This document shows positions 9,906 to 20,708 of a DNA stretch of 64,000 nt, in pieces (the stretch's first letter is position 1; each line of letters opens with the position of its first letter). The position numbers were made by a program, and so were the translations under genes. This DNA comes from Wickerhamiella versatilis (lineage: Eukaryota). The notes beneath the pieces are model-generated. The model ran no database searches, was not told the origin of the DNA, and saw only the letters and a list, made by a program, of their open reading frames with translations. The stretch lies in assembly GCA_030867685.1 (NCBI GenBank), contig JAQOWU010000008.1, positions 4,154,001 through 4,218,000 of the forward strand, written 5' to 3'.

Positions 9906-11381
9906 TTAAGCATCGTAACTCGAGGCAGCGACATTTCCGCCATGACCCGACCACTGTACGTGGATATCCTGGTTTTGTGGCAACTCACTACTGGCATACT
10001 CGGGGAGGACCCGGAAGGTATGTGCGCCGAAATAGTCACGTTGAGCCTGGAGAAGGTTTGCGGGCAAGCGGGCAGAGCGCAAACCGTCGTAGAATGATAG
10101 TGCCGAAGTGAAGCATGGAGCAGGGACACCAGCCTGAAGTGCGGAACTTACAACGTTACGCCAGCCCTTCTGAGCCTTCTCAGCAGCATCGGTGAAGAAG
10201 GGGTAGAACAAGAGGTTCTCCAATTTTGGATCCTTACGGTATGCAGCTGTGATGTCCGCAAGGAATACCGAGCGAATAATGCAACCACCACGCCACATAA
10301 GCGCAATGCCAGCGTTGTTAAGGTCCCAGCCAAAACTGCTACCAGCAGCACGAATAAGCTGGAAACCTTGAGCGTAAGAGATGATCTTGGAAGCATAGAG
10401 GGCTTGCTCGACATCGTCAATGAAAGCTTGCTTGTCACCAGAGAATTTACCTTCTGGGCCCTTCAAGATCTTGGAGGCATTCACACGCTCATCCTTAATT
10501 GCAGACAGACACCGGGCAAAGACGGCCTCGCCAATAAGAGTGAGCGGCATACCAAGGTCTAGTGCAGAGATGGCAGTCCACTTACCAGTTCCCTTTTGTC
10601 CAGCCTTGTCCAAAATCTTGTCGACCATACTTACACCATCCTTGTCCTTGTATGCGAGGACGTCACGGGTGATCTCAACAAGGAACGAATCGAGGACTCC
10701 CTTGTTCCACTTGTCGAGAACCTTCGAGATTTCGTCATTCGAAAGGCCAACATAGTTGTGGAGCAGGGCATAGGCCTCGCAGATGAGTTGCATATCACCA
10801 TATTCGATACCGTTGTGGACCATCTTTACGAAGTGGCCTGCGCCTGCTGGTCCAATCCAATCACAGCATGGTTCTCCTTGTGACTTTGCCGCAACATCCT
10901 GGAAAATGGACTTGATGTGTGGCCAGGCACGTTCGTCACCACCTGGCATAAGGGAAGGACCGTAGCGAGCACCGTCCTCACCTCCTGAGACACCGGAACC
11001 AACAAAGAGGAAACCCTTCTTCTTAAGCTCCTCATAACGGCGATTGCTATCCTCGAAGTTGGAGTTACCACCATCGATAATGATGTCACCAGGCTCGAAT
11101 GCCTCAGTAATCTGGTCAATGAAAGCGTCAACAGCAGGGCCAGCCTTAACAAGCAAAATCACCCGGCGAGGCTTTTTAAGCTTCTTTGCGAGCTCTGCAA
11201 CGGACCAGGCACCGTGGATATTCTTATATGGCTTTGCCTCATTTTCCAAGAAATGGTCCACCTTCGAGGTTGTTCGGTTGAACGCAACAACATCATAACC
11301 GTGGTCAGCAATGTTCAGAATAAGGTTCTGACCCATAACGGCCAGACCAATCAATCCGATATCTCCAACAGCTTCACTCAT
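9906..11381 (-). CDS. GND1: 6-phosphogluconate dehydrogenase, decarboxylating
   Basis: GLIGLAVMGQN, GHFVKMVHNGIEYGDMQ, QAQRDYFGAHT. Confidence 0.99.
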   Translation of the reverse strand: MSEAVGDIGLIGLAVMGQNLILNIADHGYDVVAFNRTTSKVDHFLENEAKPYKNIHGAWSVAELAKKLKKPRRVILLVKAGPAVDAFIDQITEAFEPGDIIIDGGNSNFEDSNRRYEELKKKGFLFVGSGVSGGEDGARYGPSLMPGGDERAWPHIKSIFQDVAAKSQGEPCCDWIGPAGAGHFVKMVHNGIEYGDMQLICEAYALLHNYVGLSNDEISKVLDKWNKGVLDSFLVEITRDVLAYKDKDGVSMVDKILDKAGQKGTGKWTAISALDLGMPLTLIGEAVFARCLSAIKDERVNASKILKGPEGKFSGDKQAFIDDVEQALYASKIISYAQGFQLIRAAGSSFGWDLNNAGIALMWRGGCIIRSVFLADITAAYRKDPKLENLLFYPFFTDAAEKAQKGWRNVVSSALQAGVPAPCFTSALSFYDGLRSARLPANLLQAQRDYFGAHTFRVLPEYASSELPQNQDIHVQWSGHGGNVAASSYDA

Positions 11382-11665
11382 TTTTCGCTATTTGGTAACT
11401 TAGTTTAGATGATGACACGACAACACATTATATATACGTGGAAGCAGGTTCCATTAGTAATAAAATAGCAAGTATCGAACGTCAGACGGGGTCTAGCCCT
11501 GATTCACTCAACCAATTTGAAATACCCTAATTTTGTCTTGAAATTTGGCGACTTCAGTGAGAGTGAGCGTATTTTTGCGCTGAAAAATATCCGTGTGCCA
11601 ACTCTGTTTCCGGATCAACATTGGTGGATCACCTCCCAGGTAAGGGTTGCAATTACCCGAAGGCA

Positions 11666-13753
<2,088 letters not shown>

Positions 13754-13907
13754 TCAGGTAAAAGATGTCCCGTCATATGCGCTATTGCAGATGGAGCCAT
13801 CATAATCTATATAATAATAGTTGGACAAAATAAGAAGATATGAGAAAGTTGATCTAGCAATTTATTATCTGGCTTAATTCCTAGGATGCTGACTGTTGAG
13901 CTGACAC

Positions 13908-15245
13908 ATGCTTTCGAGAAACCGTAAGGCTATTTTGGTGACACGAAGGCTGTTTAGCAAGAAAAAAGAACTTGAGGCCTCTCGTGTACCCAGTAGCCAA
14001 GTTGAACGACTCTGGCACTATGGTCAACTTGCGACAGGAATGGGAATTGGGGCCCTAGGCGAAGGGTTGAAGCGGTTTGCAGGTTCAGGGGAAAAGGGAT
14101 CAGTTATGTTTTCCCGGGGAAATATAGAGCGCCTCGTTTCAAAGTTGAGCAGAATGAGAGGTGCGGCCTTGAAGGTTGGCCAATTGATCTCTTTCCAGGA
14201 TGATAAGATTATTCCACCTGCGATCCACGAAGTACTACGTCGTTTACAGAGTCGGGCAAATTACATGCCACCGAGGCAACTGTCACGTGTAATGATTGGG
14301 GATTTAGGGCCCAACTGGCGTGAAAAATTTACAAGTTTTGATGATCGACCATTTGCCGCTGCATCTATTGGACAAGTTCATATGGCAGAGGTTGCCCCTG
14401 GCCAGAAAGTTGCAGTGAAAGTGCAATATCCGGGAGTGGCTAATTCTATAGATGCAGATCTTCGTACTATGGGTCTTCTACTCTTTGGGTCAGGAATGCT
14501 ACCAGAGGGTCTTTTTCTTGATAAGACACTGGAGAATGCTCGGAAGGAGCTAGCATGGGAATGCGATTATCTTCGTGAAGCAGAAAATCTTCGAATTTAC
14601 AAGCAGAGCCTTGCTGACGAGCCACTTTACAAAGTTCCTGATGTGCATTCTGAATTAACGACGCCTCATGTTCTTACCATGGAGTTTTTAGAGGGAAAGG
14701 AAATCGAAGAAGCAAATTACGATCCTAATTTTGTTGCCTCTGCAGTTATGAGACTTTGCCTTCTGGAATTGGGTCGCATAAAATTCATGCAGACTGATCC
14801 TAACTGGGCCAATTTCTTGATAAAAGATGAAAAAATTGGGCTTTTGGATCTCGGAGCCGGAAGAGAGTTAGGTGACGAATTCTTAAAATTGTATTTGGGT
14901 ATCTTACGTGCCGCAATTAGAGGTGATCGTGAAGCTTGTTATGACTTGTCGTTGAAATTAGGTTATCTCACCGGCCTTGAAAGCAAGTCTATGGTTGATG
15001 CGCATATTGACTCCATTATGATCTTGGCTGAGCCCTTTAGAGAAGAGTTCTATGATTTTTCGCATCAAGATGTGACACAACGCGTAAGAAAGAATATTGG
15101 ACTCATGCTTCGGGAGCGACTGACTCCTCCTCCAGAAGAAACCTACAGTTTACATAGAAAACTCAGTGGTACTTTTCTGTTATGCGCGCGTCTCCGAGCG
15201 ACAGTTCCTTGTGGAAAATTGTTCCGAGAGATTATTGGAGTCTGA
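13908..15245 (+). CDS. COQ8: ABC1/UbiB atypical kinase for ubiquinone biosynthesis
   Basis: MRGAALKVGQ (KxGQ), AAASIGQVH, VAVKVQYPG, MQTDPNWANF, PPPEETYSLHRKLSG. Confidence 0.96.
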   Translation: MLSRNRKAILVTRRLFSKKKELEASRVPSSQVERLWHYGQLATGMGIGALGEGLKRFAGSGEKGSVMFSRGNIERLVSKLSRMRGAALKVGQLISFQDDKIIPPAIHEVLRRLQSRANYMPPRQLSRVMIGDLGPNWREKFTSFDDRPFAAASIGQVHMAEVAPGQKVAVKVQYPGVANSIDADLRTMGLLLFGSGMLPEGLFLDKTLENARKELAWECDYLREAENLRIYKQSLADEPLYKVPDVHSELTTPHVLTMEFLEGKEIEEANYDPNFVASAVMRLCLLELGRIKFMQTDPNWANFLIKDEKIGLLDLGAGRELGDEFLKLYLGILRAAIRGDREACYDLSLKLGYLTGLESKSMVDAHIDSIMILAEPFREEFYDFSHQDVTQRVRKNIGLMLRERLTPPPEETYSLHRKLSGTFLLCARLRATVPCGKLFREIIGV

Positions 15246-15389
15246 ATATTACTTTAATCGGTGTATATGTACATAAAATTTGGGGTAGTTTCTTGAATGA
15301 GAAAGTAAACCGATTTCCTAATGGGGAAAAGACGTTGAAATTATTATGCAGTGAAATTAAAAGGATATCCTTCTTGATAGTCGGAAAGC

Positions 15390-15863
15390 ATGAAAATTTA
15401 TCTGGGTATTGTCGGGACGGCTTTAGCCCTAGCCAACAGTTTTACAGAACCTGATGCAACAACAGAAGTACACAAGGACAAGAACCTCTATATTGCATGG
15501 TCAGAATTGCAAGGAGAGAAAATTGACCTGTCGCTTATGAATGGCGATCCTGCTAACCTTCAACTCATCGAGGTTATTGGAAGCGAAATGCCGAACATAG
15601 GTTCAGCCGAATGGTATGTACCCCAAGACCTTCCAGATGGAGAATATACTTTAAGGATTGGAAGCACAGATGGAGATACAGTCAATTATTCTCACTTTTT
15701 CAAAGTTCATCCAAGTCAGGAGACAGAAACCGACTCTGCAAGCTCAACTTCAGGTTCCGATGAAAACTCAGCGAAATCGCCAAATGAAGTTGGCTCTGGG
15801 ATTTCCAAATCATCTAAGAAAAAAGTGCATCGTAAAAATAAATTCAAGAATTCAAAACATTGA
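15390..15863 (+). CDS. Secreted protein with Kre9/KNH-like N-terminal Ig-fold domain and a basic C-terminal tail
   Basis: Signal peptide MKIYLGIVGTALALA; IAW..IDLSLMNGDPANL..GSAEWYVPQDLPDGEYTLRI..NYSHFF fits the fungal Kre9_KNH / Ser-Thr-rich GPI-anchored family pattern. Confidence 0.75.
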   Translation: MKIYLGIVGTALALANSFTEPDATTEVHKDKNLYIAWSELQGEKIDLSLMNGDPANLQLIEVIGSEMPNIGSAEWYVPQDLPDGEYTLRIGSTDGDTVNYSHFFKVHPSQETETDSASSTSGSDENSAKSPNEVGSGISKSSKKKVHRKNKFKNSKH

Positions 15864-17891
15864 CGAGCTGGCGGGGCTACTTCTATCTTCTACTTTCTGT
15901 TTAATATCAGATCCACTTCTGGGTCTTCCCAGTGGCAATACCATTCCTTTGCCCCTTTCAGCAGGCTGAGAAACAATTCGTCGACCATCTCTATCAGGTG
16001 TTAACGTTAATGGGAGCATATTGGATCCATGTAAAGGATCAGAGTCTGTAGGTGAAGGTAAATAGGTATTAACGGTTTCCTTTGGCGCCCGTGATATACG
16101 CTTAATATCAGGAAGGGTTGACGTATTGTTTGACATTTCGTCTATCATAGGGAAAATCTGACTGTGATTCTTGATGAGATCCGCAATGAGTCTCCTTGGA
16201 TGTGTATCCGGAATATTCAAGGCGGTCCACGCTCTTGGCCGGAGTAGTGCCACGGCAAGGCACTTTGATATTTCCTCTGGCTGATCATATTCGGCCCAAA
16301 ATGTGCATAGTTCCTGAAGGACATGACGGTTTAGACGAGGCACAGCCACCATAACGCGTGCGATCTCATCCAGGTCCGGTAAATGCTCGTCGTAGAGGTC
16401 TTTGACACTGTCGTATACTGCCAGAGGCAAGATTGAGTCTGGAAGCTCCAGAAGATACTGTTTGAGGAGCCCTGCAACGACATCCGGGGCAAAAAAATCT
16501 AAGACAGCAGGTTTGAAAGGACGACCACTGTTAACCTGTGAGCGCGCCTTATAAACGTCAGAGAGTGATTGAGGAGTTGTCCAAGCTTCGATAGCTACCG
16601 GATGCGCGTACAAATAGCTAAGCAGAAGACCAACGAAAAAAGATGAGTGTGCGAGATCAACACCGAATGTTTGACAAATGTCAGAGCCATCGAAAGTGGT
16701 GACTTGGGGCACAAAGGGTCCGGTTTGATGAGTCTGTACGATTCTATTAATTTCATCTTCATCATTCAGTGTATTCGTGACAGATTCTGCATTTTCTAGC
16801 AATGCATGCATATCATTCAATTTCGATGTTATTTGTATGAATTTCTGTATAAGTTGCTTCAAAAAAACAACTCTTTGTCTTTCGATAGTTTCCATTTCCT
16901 GAAAAGCAGACATAATTTCGTGCTCCATCTCGCAACGATAAACATCTAGCTCAAATATTTTTTGAAGATACTCGTCAGACTCCAATGGGCTTGGGGATAC
17001 AGGCTCTTCTTCTTCCGCTAGATTAGTTCCTTTATCGAAATTGTCCTGATGATCATCGTCTGAATCAATTTTCAAAAATTCATACACGTAAGGGGTCCAC
17101 TGATAATTGGAAGTTTGGGAGGTAACAAACCTATTCATTATTTGACCAATGGGTCGCAAAAATTTGAGGTCCACTAGTGCCTGACCAAATTTCTCAGAGT
17201 ATGCTATACTGTCATTTCGAAGATGTCTTCGACAAGCCGTCGCTATGGAAGCACCAGCACAAACGTTAGGGTATACACCTAGAAGAGGCACTCGGTACTC
17301 TCGTCGATGTGAGTCCATCAATATATTTTTGATCAGGATCTTCAAATCCTCCTCGGTATATTCGAGCCCTGCCAGTATCATCGAATGACCATGAGGTGAA
17401 GGTGGTTCGCTGAATCTATCACGTAGAGTTCGAATTGTTGATACTACTGGCTCTAGGTTGACCTTTCTGCGATCAACTGTTTTTGGCCGCTGTTTGTTAA
17501 CTTCAAAGAGAAGCCGCTCGTAACCGGCAATGAGCTTCTGCAACCTGTCTTCTGTTGAAGATACGTGATGCACATGCATACTTCCCCAGTGATGTAGGGG
17601 TTGTCTCAGCTGTTGGTCGAGTTCGGCAGCGATCCGTATGTGTAGATGGGCCTTCGCCGTCGTTTGTTCACCGAGAGTTACAATGGCCTTGGATAAAACA
17701 GATTCTGGTCTACGAGGAGGTCTACTCTCTCCCAATGGAACAAGGTCACTGGCATAGGCGCGTTCAACCTTTATTCGCTGCTGAATAGTATTGAGAAGAA
17801 ATGCATTTTCAGCGCAGCCTTTTCGTAACTCTTCAAATAAGACACGAACACCTGAACTATAATCGTGTGTCCAAAATGCTGCTTCAAGCAT
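15852..17891 (-). CDS. RGD2: F-BAR/DEP/RhoGAP protein (Rgd2/Rga8 family)
   Basis: FWTHDYSSGVRVLFEELRKGCAEN (F-BAR), SEKFGQALVDLKFLRPIG (DEP), QTFGVDL and VAGLLKQYLLELPDSI (RhoGAP); first ATG at 17891. Confidence 0.85.
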   Translation of the reverse strand: MLEAAFWTHDYSSGVRVLFEELRKGCAENAFLLNTIQQRIKVERAYASDLVPLGESRPPRRPESVLSKAIVTLGEQTTAKAHLHIRIAAELDQQLRQPLHHWGSMHVHHVSSTEDRLQKLIAGYERLLFEVNKQRPKTVDRRKVNLEPVVSTIRTLRDRFSEPPSPHGHSMILAGLEYTEEDLKILIKNILMDSHRREYRVPLLGVYPNVCAGASIATACRRHLRNDSIAYSEKFGQALVDLKFLRPIGQIMNRFVTSQTSNYQWTPYVYEFLKIDSDDDHQDNFDKGTNLAEEEEPVSPSPLESDEYLQKIFELDVYRCEMEHEIMSAFQEMETIERQRVVFLKQLIQKFIQITSKLNDMHALLENAESVTNTLNDEDEINRIVQTHQTGPFVPQVTTFDGSDICQTFGVDLAHSSFFVGLLLSYLYAHPVAIEAWTTPQSLSDVYKARSQVNSGRPFKPAVLDFFAPDVVAGLLKQYLLELPDSILPLAVYDSVKDLYDEHLPDLDEIARVMVAVPRLNRHVLQELCTFWAEYDQPEEISKCLAVALLRPRAWTALNIPDTHPRRLIADLIKNHSQIFPMIDEMSNNTSTLPDIKRISRAPKETVNTYLPSPTDSDPLHGSNMLPLTLTPDRDGRRIVSQPAERGKGMVLPLGRPRSGSDIKQKVEDRSSPASSSMF

Positions 17892-18433
17892 AAGCTGGAA
17901 ATACAGCTTTGCTACAATAAGGATTGCACGCCCGCTTTGGTAAGCTGTTTGTTCATGCAATTTGCTTCTTCGTTCTGTCAGTAATTGTCGGTTTCTGAAG
18001 AGCAATAACTTTGAGACAAATAATAAACGTGGCGATAAAATTTCCTTGCTTGCAAGTCAACCTTATGCTTCTGAGTCGATATGCCTAAAAAAGGTTGGGG
18101 TAAACTTGGTTTCACTACCGCAAGCATATCCAGTCTAGATATAGCAGCACTAAGGCCTCTCTGGTTCAATTAACAACCTATCACTCTATACTTCTTCTCT
18201 TATACTCTTTTTTTGCGTTTCACACATAGAAACCATTACATGACTGACCTCTCTCCATGGGCTAGGAAGCTGACCATATCTCGCAGAAAGCTACAGAGCA
18301 TACCAAAAGAGCAAACTTGATGTGATTTAGTTACAATTCCATATTTATGATTGCTTCATGGAGCCACCATGCTCGGTACCATTTAACACGTAATCATCGC
18401 ATTCAATTACGCATTACTCATATCAATATCAAT

Positions 18434-19915
18434 ATGACTTCTGGCAGCGCTCTTATTGTGCCTGATGGCCCAGCACTCACAAAAAATCAACTTGATAAAA
18501 CCATTGTCTCTTTTCAGAAAGCTCTATCGAACCTTGGACTTACTGAGCAGGCGGCAGTTGCGTTGGCATTGCCGAACTCGGTGGAGTTTGCTGTAGGATT
18601 TCTCGGAATCATCCGATCATCGTTCATTGCCTGTCCTCTAAATCCGAACTATAAACAAGAAGAATTTGAGTTCTATATCGAGGATACCAATTGTGCCTTA
18701 TTATTGGTTCCAAAGGGTGGATCAGCTAATTCACCGGCAGCAAAAGCTGCTAGGAAATTTGGCAGTGGCATAGCTGAGGTATTCTGGAGTGAAGATGGCG
18801 TGATTCTGGACGTTAAAGACTATGGAAAGCTGTCTCGTAAACCTACCGGCATTGTGAATCCGAAAGACGACACAATAGCATTTATGTTGCATACCAGTGG
18901 TACTACGGGCAGGCCAAAGGCAGTACCCTTACTTCACCGGAATTTGAAAGCATCAATATCTAACATTCGCAAAACATACAATCTCTCATCATCCGATACT
19001 GGCTATTTGGTGATGCCATTGTTCCACGTACATGGACTTGTCGCAGGATTTCTTTCGCCTCTAGCAGCAGGAGGGACAATTATTATTCCCAAGGGTTTCT
19101 CAGCAAGAAGATTTTGGCCAGAGTTTATCAAGTACGGAGCGAATTGGTATACAGCAGTGCCAACAATTCATCAGATACTTCTGAGCAACGACCTTCCTAA
19201 TCCTATACCGAATATTCGCTTTATCCGGTCTTGCTCGTCTTCACTAGCTCCTTCTGTTTTCCATACTTTGGAATCTAAGCTCAATGCCCCTGTTCTAGAG
19301 GCCTATGCCATGACAGAGGCCTGTCATCAGATGACTTCAAACTCTTTGCCTCCCGGTATGCGGAAACCAGGTACTGTTGGCGTTGGACATGGCGTTGAAG
19401 TTGTTATTCTTAACAACAAGAATGAAAAGCTTGGGCCAAATGAGGAAGGTGAGGTTTCTATTCGAGGACCAAATGTCACCTCAGGATATTTGAATAATCC
19501 AAAGGCGAATGCGGAGTCCTTCACAGCAGGATATTTCCGAACCGGTGACCAGGGGAAGTTTGATGATGATGGAATGCTTGTGCTTACGGGCCGTATAAAA
19601 GAGCTGATAAACCGTGGTGGTGAGAAAATAAGTCCAATTGAACTTGATGGTATTCTTTTAAGCCATCCAAAAGTTAGTGAGGCTGTAGTTTTTGGGGCCC
19701 CCGATAAGATGTATGGACAGCAAGTGAATGCAGTGGTAGTGCCAAAGACTCGCGTTACAGAGAAAGAACTACAAGACTATGTTGCGACTAAAGTCGCGAA
19801 ATTTAAGGTCCCTGTGCGTATCTTCTTCACTGATGTCATGCCTAAGACTGCTACAGGCAAAATACAACGTCGTATCATTGCTCAAAAGTTTACATCCACA
19901 AAATCCAAGCTCTAA
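18434..19915 (+). CDS. PCS60: Peroxisomal oxalyl/acyl-CoA synthetase
   Basis: LHTSGTTGRPK, MPLFHVHGL, RFIRSCSSSL, EAYAMTE, PKTATGKIQR; PTS1 -SKL. Start 18434 chosen over the upstream ATG at 18347. Confidence 0.93.
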   Translation: MTSGSALIVPDGPALTKNQLDKTIVSFQKALSNLGLTEQAAVALALPNSVEFAVGFLGIIRSSFIACPLNPNYKQEEFEFYIEDTNCALLLVPKGGSANSPAAKAARKFGSGIAEVFWSEDGVILDVKDYGKLSRKPTGIVNPKDDTIAFMLHTSGTTGRPKAVPLLHRNLKASISNIRKTYNLSSSDTGYLVMPLFHVHGLVAGFLSPLAAGGTIIIPKGFSARRFWPEFIKYGANWYTAVPTIHQILLSNDLPNPIPNIRFIRSCSSSLAPSVFHTLESKLNAPVLEAYAMTEACHQMTSNSLPPGMRKPGTVGVGHGVEVVILNNKNEKLGPNEEGEVSIRGPNVTSGYLNNPKANAESFTAGYFRTGDQGKFDDDGMLVLTGRIKELINRGGEKISPIELDGILLSHPKVSEAVVFGAPDKMYGQQVNAVVVPKTRVTEKELQDYVATKVAKFKVPVRIFFTDVMPKTATGKIQRRIIAQKFTSTKSKL

Positions 19916-20005
19916 TTGAAGAAATTCCACAGAAACTTCCTGAAATGTGAATTCCTAGTTAGGAAGGCTTGGAACAACGGATTTAAACGAGAGAAATCAC
20001 AGTAT

Positions 20006-20149
20006 ATGAGAAATATGCTTATTCTACTGACTTTGGTACTGTCGTTCACTGCGGTTATTTCTGGCGAAACCAGAGATCTTCTCGAAAATGTACGTACCTC
20101 ACCAAATCCATATATGATGGACGAAGCCACCGCTCCCGTTGGTATTTAG
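20006..20149 (+). CDS. Candidate 47-aa secreted micro-protein
   Basis: MRNMLILLTLVLSFTAVISG has signal-peptide shape (n/h/c regions), followed by 27 polar residues; no homology recognised. Confidence 0.3.
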   Translation: MRNMLILLTLVLSFTAVISGETRDLLENVRTSPNPYMMDEATAPVGI

Positions 20150-20409
20150 GCTTTCATATGACCCCTATTTTGAGAAGTAATAGGATTTTGGTGCCGTTAT
20201 TTTTCTAAATTCTATCAGTGCTACTATATGAGATAGAACGTATCGTTCAGACAGTCGTCGATGGTTTATCAATTGAATAGCATCTAAATTTATACTCATT
20301 TTTTTGACCGCAAGGAAGTTACTTTCAATGACACATGAAGACTAGCAAGCTCAACGCGGACAGTTCAGGATATATATTGCCAGTTGAATAGTTATTTAAC
20401 CGATGTTCC

Positions 20410-20649
20410 GGCGGGGAAAATGACATAACACCACGGGGTGTCGTGATGCCGGTGGAGCACCAGTAAAAACCGGCGTAAATTTACATTAGAAATTGCCATT
20501 TTGTATGACTTATGCAATTGTACCATGGTTTAAATTTTGTGAACTATTTTGTCAATGCTAACTAGCAGATATTGCTATATAACCTATAAAACCCTGTTAA
20601 AGGCAGCCCCGCACTTATTACATAATACAACATTGCCTTGGTATATAAT
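20410..20649 (+). promoter_or_regulatory. FOX2 promoter elements: two Mig1/CreA-type GCGGGG sites and a TATA box
   Basis: gcgggg near 20411, ccccgc near 20607, tatataa at 20643-20649, about 60 bp before ATG 20709. Confidence 0.45.
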
Positions 20650-20708
20650 AAGTGGCTATCTTGCCTTGTCCAATCTGCAACTCAGACTTGTTTGTTAGCA
20701 TTATCTCA

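Noticed and set aside
11555..11650. Minus-strand CTTACCTGG followed by TGATC, reminiscent of the U1 snRNA 5' end
   Set aside because: Context is CCCTTACC rather than ATACTTACC; no ATTGCAC loop or convincing Sm site; lies just after the PRP43 stop.
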